Position numbers and translations under genes: made by a program. Below the pieces are notes generated by a model. The model saw nothing but the letters and a program-made list of their open reading frames with translations. It did no database searches and was not told the DNA's origin. Shown here one piece after another: positions 48,300 to 62,650 of a DNA stretch of 64,000 nucleotides. Source of the stretch: the human T2T-CHM13v2.0 reference genome, Homo sapiens; NCBI RefSeq assembly GCF_009914755.1, contig NC_060928.1; one strand, given 5' to 3'. Each line of letters opens with the position of its first letter. The stretch's first letter is position 1.

Positions 48300-49258
48300 A
48301 TATATATTTTATATAATTTATATATAAAATATATTTTTATATAATTTATATATAAAATATATTTTTATATAATTTATATATAAAATATATTTTTATATAA
48401 TTTATATATAAATATATTTTTATATAATTTATATATAAATATATTTTATATAATTTATATATAAATATATTTATATATAATTTATATATAATATATTTTT
48501 ATATAATTTATATATAAATATATTTTTATATAATTTATATATAAATATATATTTATATATAAGTTATATAAAATATTTATATATACTATATTATTTATAT
48601 ATAATATATTTGTTTTATATATTATATTATATATAATATATTTATCTTATATATTATATTATATATAATATATTTATCTTATATATTATATTATATATAA
48701 TATATTTATCTTATATATTATATTATATATAATATATTTATCTTATATATTATATTATATATAATATATTTATCTTATATATTATATTATATATAATATA
48801 TTTATCTTATATATTATATTATATATAATATATTTATCTTATATATTATATTATATATAATATATTTATCTTATATATTATATTATATATAATATATTTA
48901 TCTTATATATTATATTATATATAATATATTTATCTTATATATTATATTATATATAATATATTTATCTTATATATTATATTATATATAATATATTTATCTT
49001 ATATATTATATTATATATAATATATATTATAATATTATATTGTATATAATATATATTATTTATATTTTATATTATATTTTTATATTATATAATATATAAT
49101 ATATATTTTATATTATATTTTTATATTATATATATGTAATGTATATATAATATAAATATATATTTATATTATATATAATATAACATAAAATTTATATATA
49201 AATATTAAAAATAATATTTATATATAATTTATATATAAAAATATACATATATATATTT
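48300..49258. repeat. AT-rich minisatellite/VNTR (~28-bp units, then 12-13 copies of a 32-bp unit)
   Basis: 32-bp unit TATATTTATCTTATATATTATATTATATATAA; the single C recurs every 32 bp from 48646 to 48998. Confidence 0.97.
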
Positions 49259-49280
49259 TTGGTTGTGGGGGAGAACAGAA

Positions 49281-49560
49281 TACAGAATATCGCTCTGTTG
49301 TCCAGGCTGGAGTGCAGTGGCACAATCTCAGCTCAGTGCAACCTGTGCATCCCGGGTTCAAGCAATTTTCCTGCTTCAGCCTCCCGAGTTAGCTGAGACT
49401 ACAGGCATGTGCTATCATGCCTAGCTAATTTTTTTATTTTTAGTAGACACAGGGTTTCACTATGTTGGCCAGGCTGGTCTCAAACTTCTGACCTCAGGTG
49501 ATCCACCGGCCTCAGCCTCCGAAAGTGCTGGGATTACAGGCTTGAGCCACTGCACTCAGC
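49281..49560 (-). mobile_element. Alu SINE, AluSx-type
   Basis: Antisense dimer whose tail side adjoins the AT-rich VNTR. Confidence 0.94.
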
Positions 49561-50862
49561 TGGAATAGATATATTTAATACATGGCATTATTTTTCAAAA
49601 TATTTTATAAAAGCGATTATTTTGGTGACCATTAAAATGGAGATAAGCTATTTCACAAAGGCAGAATATACATGCTGTACAATGTATACACACTCAGGGC
49701 AATGTCTATCAACAAAACCAGCCCCTATCCATGTATGTTTCAAATAAGCTTGTTATATTTTCAGTTTTGGCTTACTTCTTGTCAGACCTGATTAGAATGT
49801 TTATCTTGTAATTTACCTAATGGGATTGGCTTGTGCTTGAATTGTCAGCATTGTCTTTAATCTTTAGTTTGTTGGAAGGAAACTTGAAGCAATCTGTCCA
49901 TTTTGTGAGGGCTAGTTTCTTAAAATTGAATGCTATAACCCGTTACCGAGCCAGCTGCCCATAAACTGCAATATATCCAATAAGCTCAAAGCTCAAATAC
50001 AACTGTAAGATCTCTGCTCTCAATCCCTTTACCTTATGAAACTCCTCCTCTTCCCTCAAGGGTCTCTGTCCTCAGTAAGCAAGACTTGACCATCTGACAT
50101 ATGCACTAAGTTTAGGTGCCAAGGTCAATCACATTTTAAACATTAATAATATTAGATATCTTTCTTATCTTCTATAAAAATAACATAAAATCAAGATATG
50201 ATATTTTCTTCTAGCACCCATTGGCTTTTAGCCTCTCTGATGGGCACATAAAGACCATGGGCTCTAAATGTGATGGAGCACACGTAACATCAGTGGTACT
50301 GACCATCAACCAGCATGTAAGGCCTCCCAATTAATGCTCTTGTTTTACCACTTCATAATAAGCATGGTTTATAGAAGTTCTTCTGGCACTACTTTAAAAA
50401 ACAGCTGCACGTTTGCAGGTGGTCTGACTGTACCATTATTCACTGGACTTTCCATTTTATTTATAAAAAAAAACAGACTGAAGCTGACCTGTTTTTGATA
50501 TTGACATACTTTTTAAACTACTACATTATCATTAGGTTCAGTTTTCATGTAAATCGTCAGTTATAGATGTTATTTATTTCAGTTAGAGCCATCTCTATCT
50601 CTATGTATCTATCTAGCTATCATCTATCTTTTTGTTTTCTTATAATTGTGTTACAAAATGGGGTAGCTCTTTAAAAATGTTTTTAGTCTTTTGTATTCTG
50701 TTAGCCTGAGGTAGTTTTTTGTTGTTTTGTTCAATTTTCATTCACATTGTGTATATTTTATTCAATGCAGGGTAGTGTAGGAAAGCAAAAATGAATAATG
50801 GGTAGAGTTATTTATTTTGAAACATTACATTGAAATACCAGTTTAAGAATATAATAGCACAA

Positions 50863-51165
50863 GACTGGATGCAGCAGCTCACTCCTGTAATCACCATACT
50901 TTGGGAGGCCCAGGCAAGTGGATTGCTTGGGCCCAGGAATTTGAGACCAGCCTGGGCAACATTGCAAAATCCCATCTCTACAAAAACTACAAAAATTAGC
51001 TGGGTGCAGCGACACACACTTGTAGTCCCAGCTACTCAGGAGGCTGAGGTGGGAGGATCTTTTGAGCCCAGGCGTTCAAGGTTGCAGTGAGCCATAATCA
51101 CACTACTGCACTCCAGCCTGGGCAACAGAGCAAGACATTATCTTAATTAAAAAAAAAAAAAGAAG
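50863..51165 (+). mobile_element. Alu SINE, AluJ-type
   Basis: GGATTGCTTGGGCCCAGG; 16-bp TSD AAGAATATAATAGCAC (50845-50860 and 51166-51181). Confidence 0.95.
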
Positions 51166-53303
51166 AAGAATATAATAGCACTTTTCAGCATATCTAAAAT
51201 ACAGTGAATTTAAGTAGAGACAAACTATTCTAAAAGTTTTGTGTTTAATAAAGACCTATGCTAGTATTTCATAAACTGTTTAAGAAAACTTACTAAACTT
51301 GCCCAGTCATTCAGAGTTTAATTCATTTATGTTTACTACTTAAAAAAATCTTTGGGTCCATAATTGTGAAACAAGATAATATACAAAATATGCAGTTCTG
51401 GGAATTGATAATTACATTATTAATATCAACTTAATGCATACCTCAGGGTTTTATATTCTTTAGTTGATATTAAAATGGTTTAAGAAGTAGACCTACTTTT
51501 GTAGTTACTTAAAATGGAACATCAAATACTTTCATAATGAAAGAAATAATACCTTTATCTTCATAATATCTAACTGAATTATTCCTGTATCTAATAAGTC
51601 TATTTCAAGTGATTGCAACTACTAAAACAAGCTTATTTTATTCCTTTTAATGTCTAATTATGCATAGATAGGTAGATAGAAAAACAGAGAGTTAGATTAG
51701 ATAGATTAGATGATAGATGGTGATGATGGTAGATAGATATGTATATGTGTTTTTGATTATGTAAATTTTTTAAAGATCAATTTGAATTATTGTGAGTTGA
51801 GAGTAGAATATAATGCAAGAGAATGTTGTGAATACCCCATAATGAAGATTCCAGCAAAGCTATGTATCCAATTATTTTCAGAAATGTAGCCACTACAGTA
51901 GTGCAGTTCACATTTGTGTATACTATGGAATGTCTAGCCAGCCAATTTTTAGTGTTACAATTAATATCAATTTTTATTGGTTCCATCATCTTTTAAGATA
52001 GAGAAGAAGAATTCGTTAAGACCCCTGTTGATAAAAAATAATAATTTAGCATTAATTAATAGATGAAAGTCAATCCAAGCTCAAATAACATTTTCAGCCA
52101 ATCTTGAAGTGACATTAAATTATATATATATAATTCTACATTCATAGCTTTTATATCATATCTTGGAATAAGATACATGGACCTTGACATTTCTGATCTT
52201 GCATAATCCATTTGTTTCTGTATAAAAGTCCCCAAAGTACTTGTTATCATAGAGGATCTTGCTATTCTTGAAGCTCCTCCAGTTATGTCCATTAAGAGAT
52301 TAATAGAACAGCAATTATTAAGTTTGTCTTCTCCCTGCAATATAACATTTATCTTACATTATGATCATTTTCTGCACAACCTTGAATTTTTCTCTTTTGG
52401 CCAAGCTTTGTGATTTAAGATGTCACCTTTGTGAAAGCTTTGAAGGAATTGTATAAAAAGTGGAATGAAAAATTGACACGGGAGTCAATCTCCACTGAGC
52501 AATACAACCAAGTACACTACAAAACATTTCAATGACTGTGGAAATGTTACAAACGATGGCTGCTGAAGAAGGGAGTTGAAATTTTGTTTTGAGAATGAAC
52601 ATCAAGAAATAGAAGACTTGTATATATTTCACAGGAACATACTATATGAATTAATCCAGAAAGTGTTTTTTGGCTTTTTTTGCATGAAATTTCAACATCA
52701 TGATCTTGTTCTATGCAGTTGTAGTGAGCAAAATTGTGTTCCATGAACATATCAGTTATATTACATGAATAATGGAAATCACTCTGGTGATTTTTTCCAT
52801 TAAATACAAGGTGAGACGGTTCATTTCTGTACGACACGTTAAGCATCTTTATATATCCTGGAGATGTACTCTGATCACCATCTCGCTACTCTGTGTAAAT
52901 GTAAAAAGTGATAATGACTTAGAAAAACTGTTACTTTACAGATCAAATTAGATGAATTATGCTTTTTTATCTTGTGAATCTGAATCATGCAAAATAAAAT
53001 ATTTTCAAATATAAATATTAATTATGATTGTAATAGCAATTTTTAAAATGACATAAAACAGTATTTGTGCTAAGGATATTAACCAAAATTGCAGAAGATC
53101 ATAAATAATTAAATAATTTGTTAAGACAGCAAGTTTATGCACTAGTCCTCCCTTCTCTGTGGAGGATACCTTTTAAACCCCCAGAAACTGCATTTAATAC
53201 ATATTAAATGTATTTAATTAATTATGTAATTTAATTAAATTATATGTATTTAATTAAATGTATTTAATTAACTAAATGTATTTAAACTGCATTTAATACA
53301 TAT

Positions 53304-53580
53304 TAGTGGTCCTCAGCCTTTTTGGCACCAGGGACCAGTGCCTTGAATGGAAGACAGTTTTTTCATAGATTGCAGGGAGAGGCGGGGAGGGATGTGGAAC
53401 GGCTTCCGAGGCATTAGATTCTCATAAGGAGCAGGCAACCTGGATTCCTCCCATGCGCAGTTCACAATAGGGTTTACACTCCTATGAGAATCTAATGCTG
53501 TGGTAATGCTCGCTGGCCTGCTGTGCAGTCTGGTTCCTAACAGGCCATGGATCAGTACCAGGAGGTTGGATGAGGACCCT
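53304..53580. mobile_element. MER1 (MER1B-like) hAT-Charlie element nested in the Tigger element
   Basis: CCTTTTTGGCACCAGGGACC start; internal inverted repeat GCATTAGATTCTCATAAGGA / TCCTATGAGAATCTAATGC. Confidence 0.88.
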
Positions 53581-54035
53581 CAATATATATACTGTTTTTT
53601 CCTATACATGCATACCTATGATAGAGTTTCATTTCTAAATTAGGCACAGTAGCAGATTAACAATAAGTGATAATAAAATAGAACAATTATAACAATATAC
53701 TGTAATAAAAGTTATGTGAATGTGATCTCTCTTTTAAAATATCTTATTGTACTGTATTCACTCTTATGATGTAAGATGATACAATGCCTACATGTTAAGA
53801 TGAAGTGAGGTGAATGGCACAGGCATTACAACATAGCTTTAGGCTACTATTGACCTTCTATATTCCTGAGTCTGTGTAACCATCCCTTACTTGCAGTAAG
53901 CATCTGGGTGTCACTTGTTTCAGGGGATCCCTTGCTGGTATCTTCCTATGGGCTCAAAGCTTTCTGGTTGCAGTGTTCCACCCACACATTTAATGGCTTT
54001 TCCGCCTTAACTAAGCATTTATCATGAATGCATAA

Positions 54036-54322
<287 letters not shown>

Positions 54323-55679
54323 GAATGCATAACTTTTTAATGTGGCCTTAACTTTTGCAGTTTGAGGTACAATGCAAAACTAGTGCAGACTTCTTTTTCC
54401 TTCTTCACAAATTCACAGGTGGAAGACTCATTCTTACTGTAGATGTTAGCAACCTCCGCACACCTTTTATTTTCTTTCCTTACTAAGTCATGAGTGTTCA
54501 CGTATTCACCTAAAGATTTATGGCTTCTTTTTGGCATATCCGAATTGCCACCATCACTACTCTTGCAGTTTGGGGCCATTATTAAGTAAAATAAGGGTTA
54601 CTTGAACACAGGCACTGTGATACCGCAACAATCTATCTGCTAACCAAGATGCCTACTAAGTGACAGACAGGCAGGTAGTGTATACAGCATGGATACACTG
54701 GACAAAAGGATGAGTCCATGACTCCATGACTACACCATGGGTGGGATGGAGCAAGACAGCACGATTTCATCATGCTACTTAGAACCGTGGCAATTTAAAA
54801 CTGATGAATTATTTACTTGTGAAATTTTTCTTTTAATATTTTCATACCATGGTGGATAAAAGGGGACTACTGTATGTGTGTAATTTATTTTATATTCATT
54901 AACGTTGCCAAGATGTATATTCATTATTTTTTAAAAAGATACGGTTGAGGAAGAATAGATTGTACAGGGTTTTGTGTTTTTTTTTAATTTTTTAACATGA
55001 TTTAATCTAATCTGGAGTAAATTTCCGTTCATCTCTTCAAGTCCACATCATTTCACAGACGGTGATTTCAAAGAATTGTAAATTTGGTCAGTTCTAACTC
55101 TGCAAGTTAGCGATGCTTGTCATGCTTTCAAATTGTGAAGCATATTTTTGTTATCTGGGGAAACCAACCCACAGAGCTGGATGTCCTAAGCACGCTGAGA
55201 TTCTCTGCACCTCCAGATTCCAGTTTTCTACTGGAAACGCTCCCCTCAGGTTTGTGACACAGATAATACACATAGGAACCAACATTTGCTGCAGCTCCTG
55301 TTCCCTTTGGTCCCTGCTCTAGGGGATTTTACATTTTAGTGAAGAGAACAGAAAATTAATTATTGTTTAATGACAGTGCTATGAATAAAATAAATCGGAT
55401 ATTATTTATAGGGAATAATAAACATGGGCAATGGCTTCTAGTAACTCATCCAATAATGTTATATATGTTTATTGAATTTTTATATTCCGTAGTCATATTG
55501 ATCATTTAGTAAAGGAAAATGTCCAAAGAAACCTTTTAAATATTGAAATTTGGAATTTGATGGGGGAAATAAAAATCAGAAGATCCAATTTCAGGGATTG
55601 TATTCAATGAAGTTCTTAGTTAAGAATTCTTACTAGATTGTCTTTCCAACTCTATGGTTGGGTTAAAATAAAGAAGCCA

Positions 55680-55885
55680 TAGGCTTCAGAACTAGATATA
55701 TTTGAGTTCCAAATCTGTGTCTATTACATGTTAGGTATGTGAACTTGGGGAAAACATTAAGTTTATTGATTCTCAGTTTCCTCTTCTTTAAAATTTGCAG
55801 ATATTATCAGTATCATATGTTTATGAGGAGAATTAGATGACATAACATATGCAAAGTTTTTGTCTCTAGTGGGTACTTAATCAAT
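55680..55885 (+). mobile_element. MIR SINE relic
   Basis: CTCAGTTTCCTCTTCTTTAAAAT core and GAGAATTAGATGACATAA. Confidence 0.68.
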
Positions 55886-58800
55886 GGTATTTTTCTTCCT
55901 TTTTCCATTCTATGACTCTAGAATGGAAAAAGTTCATTCTAGAACCCCCTGATAATTAAGATGATATCATTAGAAATTAGGAAATCTGACTTCCGGCTCT
56001 GCTATTAGCTTGTTCCAGGAACTTGGCCAGTTCATTAAACCCTTTTTGTTCCCTAGTTTTTGATTTACAAAATGAGGAGCATGGGCACAATAAGCTTTGT
56101 GGTTCCTCTATATTCTATTTTGTATTCTAGTTAATGAACAGCTTAGAGAATCCATCAAGGTCCATGGTCCACGTGGCCAAGAGATTCAAGAAGCATTTAG
56201 CAAAGGTTTTCCAAAGGAGAATAGAGAGGTTCTCATAGGTGGCCAGAATGCAGCAACAGAGAACATAAAGGGACAATGCTGGTGTCAATGTATAACTATC
56301 TAAACCCCAGTGATTTGACTGAGATTTTAGAGTAAAACTAGAGTCACTAACAAGAACCAAACAGGACCTAAAACAGAATTTGCCCAGAGCAGATTAGAGA
56401 TGATAGTGTTGGGCAGGACACAACTTGGCACTGCTTAGTTCTCAATTTACTACACTGGAGCTACCATCTGGGAAAGGAAGAAAGAACTTGCTGGACTGAC
56501 CGAGACTGTGGAAGAAAGGCATTGAGAATATTTAAATGGTCCCTATCCTGTGTTTCAGTGGTGTGGGTCAAGCAAATCAGCAGGGATACTTCTGGGGAAC
56601 AATGGGATTTAAAACAAGGCAGGGAGGAGAACTGTCACCTCTCCTCTTCCAAGGTTACCAGCAAGTAGGAAGGCTGGCAGAAGTTCGCATATAATGAAGA
56701 ATTTGGAAAGGATCACTAGAAATTTGCAAGAAGAGGAACTTCAAAAGATGGAAGGGACACCTGGTTGAAAGGGCTTGTGATCAGGGTTTGTAGAGATAGG
56801 GAGAATGTTAATAGGTTTTTGTGGTTTTTAACCATGGCTAAATATTTGAATCAACTGAATCACTTGGGTTGCTTGTAAAATATTTTATGGAATGGTTCCT
56901 CTCCTTTCTTGATGATTCTAGTGTGCGGCTTAGGCTGAAAATGCACTATGATAAGAGACTGTTCCAACTAGTAGGAATGCCAGGAGGAAAGACCCAACGG
57001 CAATGAACAGACTTATTTAGGGACCAGAGAGTCATCCAGTTCTGCATGTGCAGGGGGTAGAGTACATGTGCTGGGAGGTTACACTGGGGGAAGGAAAATA
57101 ATACATCATTACATAAACAAAGAGGGCCAATGGCAAAGCCTTGACAAACTAGCTAAACTAGGAGAAAATGAAAAACCCAAGACAGTATAGGGTCTAGGAG
57201 CCAAGGATGGTGAGAGTTTCTGGAGAAATGATATGGTTACATAGTGAAATATCCAAACACACAGACAGATGTTAGCAGAACGTAACACAAATTATGAAAG
57301 CCATACAAACTTTATTTTTTCTTTCATTTGGGTCTTATATGATTATCAAGCAGAGTATAGCTGCTTGTTCTAGTTTCCTTGCATGTTGACCTATAATTTT
57401 TCATGCATGTTTAAGGAAAAGCACACTGGTCCTCAATTTCTTTATCTATAAAGTAGAGATTTAAACCAAGAACAACAACAAAAAAATCATCCACTTAAAA
57501 CTCCCATAATGTTTTGAGGGCAAGTGTGTGAAAGCTCTCTATATAGAATCTGGTCTCACAAAAAGTAAAAAGCTTTTAAATTTTGTGCAGGAATATGTAG
57601 TTAAATTGTAATTGATGATAACACAAAACTTATTGCCCATTTCATTAAATTAACACTCTCAACTGCTCCAATCATTAGTTAGTGAATTGGCAATTCCAGT
57701 TTATTTTATAGAACCTATTTTTTCAAAGAATTTTTGCTCTAAGGTTCTCCAACAAATCTCTTTTAGGCACTATGTGATCTTAGAAGATTCCAGTCCACTT
57801 AAACAAGATGCTGAAAAGTTAATGAGGGGAAGAAACTTTTTGCCTTCTTTGACTTTAAAGACCAATGGGACAGTAAACCACTTCAAAGCCTGTCTTTTAA
57901 TCTTCTCATTGTCGAGCCCTTTGTTGTGAGGGGACAAGGGGGTGTGATTTTTATCCCTGTAATCAGTTTCTGTCAAGACTAGCTTTCTAAACATTTGTTA
58001 AGGGGGAGTTACAGAGGTATTATGCGTGGTCACTGGTCTCTCACCCTTAGCTGATGAAGGAAGAGGTGAGTGTGAAGACAACAAGCCTCCATTCTGGGTT
58101 AGCTTTCCTCTGGGGGTCTATAAACTAATCTCCATGCAACCCCTATCCCACTTCCTACAAACACTCCTGTAATAAAGGAAGATTGAATCGGAAACTATCA
58201 AGTTGTGGAATGTTTGACTTTCTTCTAGAAAATATGGAAGGTAAATTCATTGATTTTTTTTCTCCTAGAAATATTTGGCAGCTTTGATAAAGAAATCTTG
58301 GGGTTGGAGTTGAGAGTGTTGAGTACAGAAATTGTTGCATCAACTAAAATTGTTATTTTAAAGTTTTATTATTTCAATTTACTGTCTGATCTGCTTCATC
58401 TACAAATTATAGGTATAAACATAATCTCTAAAATGTGCCACCTTTTACACAGTTATATATGGTAAAAATGGGTTTGGAAAATTTTTAATGATGTAGGTCT
58501 TTTATGTCTGTCAAGAAATACAAAGAAACTGCAAGAGTGGTCTGAAGTTACCACGTAGAAGGAAATATGGAAAAAAGTTTTCTTATTGAAGGCATACATC
58601 CTTTCTTCAGTGTTTAGATTTATTCATTATTAGCCAACGTATTTTAGGAGGGCATTTTAGGATTTAGTTTCTTTTTGGTACATATTAGATTCATTACGCT
58701 TCCTTTATGTAAAGTTTAATATTTACATATGTGGTCTTGATTATAGTATTTTGAGTGCTATATAACTCCCCTAGCCTTTTAGTTTTGTAATCCACATAGA

Positions 58801-59889
58801 CAGCCTAATTTAGGCTTATATTTGCTTCTGGAAACTTGGTGTCTATTATAGGTTTTAAAATATATGTTTTTTAATTGTGCTTTTCAACTAAGGGCCAGTT
58901 TTACAAATTCTAATTCATAGTACATTATCTATAGAAACTCACGAATACCTATTAGCTGTTACCCAGTTTGGGGGTTTTATTAATTATCTCAGATAATAAA
59001 ATTAGGTATTTTTAGAATCTTCAAGGTCGTCTTTTTGAAAGGTTATTAAGTGTCTCTGAAAGTTAAAAATTTGAAGTATAACAAAACCATTCTTGGATCA
59101 TAGACTATATGTCTTAGACTTAAAATAATAATACCATGAACTTTTAATACTTATTTATATCTTTTAAAATTATTCCTAGTAAATTGGGAAAATAGTAGTT
59201 CTTGGAGTCCCATCTATTTCCAAATATTTGATAATGGCTCATGTGTTAAATGACATGGCAAACTAAAATGGTATGTTGTTATGGCTAGTAGAATGGTCAT
59301 TTAACATCTGAGCTTTTTAATTTAATTGTTTAAAGCTAGAGTTAGATGTGGTAGATTATGTTGGTTGATACTTTATTTATTATCTTTTATAACTATGAGA
59401 GCAAAATTTTGGATTAGTTATGCACTTCCTAGAATAGGAATCCCGCACAGAGAAATTTGAAATGCAGTGTCATCATCAATTTCCTTGTTGCACCTGTCCA
59501 ATGAAGATAACTATTAATTAAAGTCACAACATTGCTATTCTAATGCCATAAAGAATTTTGAAACATCTCATGAAATTTCAAAATACCTTGAAGAGATTGT
59601 ATCCAGATTTATCTTTAATTTGGAAATGACTGAACTCAAAAGTAATTCATTATCTGAGGGCCCAAGATAATCTTTAACAAACCATGTGTTTAGCAAAAGT
59701 TTAATGATTGTCAATGACCATTATCTGACAACATAATTTATTTACTGTAATATGATAAACTTCGCAGGACAATTATATAATCATACCACAACGTTATCAT
59801 GTGAAATACAAAATGTGAGTTGGGTTACTTACCTGATTTAAGTGCAACAGTGAGCTGCCCCATGGGTAGAGTATACTTTTCATTTTCAG

Positions 59890-59932
59890 TTATCACCCTG
59901 CCTCCAGATTAACATTCTCATGTCATGTAAAG
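59890..59932 (+). other. Candidate 43-nt exon
   Basis: CTTTTCATTTTCAG|TTATCA...TGTAAAG|GTGAGC; frame 0 is open (LSPCLQINILMSCK) and contains an ATG at 59920. Confidence 0.35.
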
Positions 59933-61561
59933 GTGAGCACTTAATAGATGAAGAATTAGTGCACCAGAAGGTGGTCCTGAAAGTACTAAGCCTTATCATC
60001 ATAGACCAGGCTTGTGTGTTGCTTATGGAATCACCACTAAAATAAACACTTGAGTTGAGGCCACCCAAACTTACGGAGAGAAAGGGAATGATAGTCATTT
60101 AGTGTTTATTTTCTAAATGGCACTTTAAAACCGATACATATCCCTAGAGCTTTGAAAGTATTAACTGAATAGCTTTTTTGCTTTCAAATAAGTGAATACA
60201 TTAAACAATGAAATGATGTCATAAAGCATCTAAAATAATGATGCTAGATCATATCCATTTCCCCCTAAGATTTTCAAATAAAATAGTTTAAATTAACCCC
60301 TATACTCCACACTGATATGAAAATAATAGCTCATTTATGTTTTGATACAAGAGAATGTTTAAACAAGGATGACTCACATGGGCAATGTATTTGTTCTATG
60401 CATAGAATTTCTTGTTGGTCATTACAGAGACAATAAGAGATTTTATTATATATAAGCTGTTCAGCTTTTCTCTTGCCTTGATCTCATTATCAATCAGATA
60501 ATGATTGCATTGACTAGCTTTGGTACCATTTTTAAGAGATTTACCTAAATAGTTACGATATGGCAAATGTAATTTTTGAAGTAACAAGAGCATACTCTGG
60601 TACCAATATTCAAGAAATATTTGTATCATCTATATGTATGAAAAGGACTAGAAGAAGACAAAAGAGTAAAAACTGGTGTATTTACTGTCATGATGATTAT
60701 TTAATAATTGTTTTTCATTAATATTGCCAAAGGTTTATGTAAGACATCATAATTTTAAAAGGAATCCTCTAACATTTAATTAAAAGATTCTTTGCTGATT
60801 AGAGTATTAAAATATATAATCCAAAGCCCTCAAAAGTTTCTTCTCATCCAAGGTTAATTAATTATATTTAAAATATGTCTATTAAGAATTATTAATCAAA
60901 GGAGAGGTATACCAAATTTTGATAAAGTTTAATGACATCAAATGAAAATCTATCCTTAAAATAGTGGGTAAAAGAGTAAGAGACTGAGAAAGAGATGGAA
61001 CAAATATCTTCCTGCTCTATGGATTGGGAGACTGTCTCCAGAAACACCAGGACATAACAATATAGCCTATGCCTATATGCTTACAGTTGTAAATATTTTA
61101 CAACACTAAAACATGTAAAACATTAAGAACCTTTTAGAAAAAGACGCTAAATTACTGTAACATAAAAACGTTTCTCCATGGAAGTTTCTCCTTTTACCTC
61201 TGTCATTACCTCTGTTATTTCAAGTTCCCAAAGCTGATGCTTAGGTGAATTTTGATCTGAAATACTAAAGAATCTAAAGATGCTCTGTTCTTATGTACTT
61301 ATGTCATGTACCTATGACAAGTGAGATCATAGGTAAGATACCTTTATCAAAATGTTTTTGTAATTGTTTACCTTTTTTCCCTGATTGGCTATATTTTATC
61401 AAAAAGAAGTAGAAAACAAAATATTTCTTACCATTTATGTTGTTGACAAATATCAAAGCTGGCATTTTCTGAAGAGAGAACATCCTGGGTCATATATAAA
61501 TCAATGTTTTCCCTGGATTACATATGACTAGGAAAAATAAATCAATCTTACCTATGACCTC

Positions 61562-61593
61562 AGAAATTCAAATGAGGCCTCATTTGAATTTCT
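61562..61593. repeat. 32-bp perfect palindrome with no spacer
   Basis: AGAAATTCAAATGAGG|CCTCATTTGAATTTCT. Confidence 0.97.
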
Positions 61594-61637
61594 TTGTCAT
61601 GTTTTGGTAACTCTCGATTTAAGAAAATTCTATCTGT

Positions 61638-62007
<370 letters not shown>

Positions 62008-62129
62008 TCATTGCTCTGAGCAGCAATTATTATATTAGTCAAAAAAGTTTAAACTTTGTTTGTTTGTTTGTTTTTAAATACTGAGGTATCTTTTTTTATT
62101 TACACCATCTTGGACACCAAATTGTTTTT

Positions 62130-62650
62130 CTTTTTTTTAAAAAAAACTTTAGTTTTAAGTTCAGGGTTACATGTGCAGGTTTGTTAACATAGGTAAACTT
62201 GTGTCATGGGGGGTTGTTGTACAGATTACTTCATCAGCCAGTTATTAAGCCTAGTACCCACTGCTTTTTTGTCCTGATCCTCTCCCTCCTCCTACCCTCC
62301 ACCCTCCAATAGACCCCAGTGTGTGTTGTTCCACTCTACGTGTCCATGTGTTCTCATTATTTAGCTCCCACTTATAAATAAGAACATCTGGTATTTGGTT
62401 TTCTGTTCTCATGTTAGTTTGCTAAGGATAATGGCCTCCAGCTCCATTCATGTCCCTGCAAAGGACATGATCTTTTTCTTTTTTATGGCTGCATAGTTTT
62501 CCATAGGGTATATGTATCACATTTTCTTTATCTAGTCTATTATTTGATGGGCATTTAGCTTGATTCCATGTATTTGCTATTCTGTATAGTGTTGCAGTAA
62601 ACATACACATGCATGTGTCTTTATAAAAGAATGATTTAAACTTATTGGGT
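62130..62650 (-). mobile_element. 5'-truncated LINE-1 3' end (L1PA13-like)
   Basis: GGTAAACTTGTGTCATGGGGG..TACAGATTACTTCATCA..AAGCCTAGTACCCA 3'UTR; ORF2 C-terminal remnant KSFFYKDTCMCMFTATL. Confidence 0.9.

Noticed and set aside
48600-49020. Regular 32-bp periodicity resembling a CRISPR array
   Set aside because: Head-to-tail tandem units with no unique spacers, in eukaryotic DNA with no cas genes.
52495-52565. Plus-strand peptide KYTTKHFND resembling the CYRI/FAM49 C-terminus
   Set aside because: Only a short match with no flanking similarity; likely chance.
53411-53498. ~19-bp inverted repeat hairpin
   Set aside because: Intrinsic to the MER1 consensus; not locus-specific.
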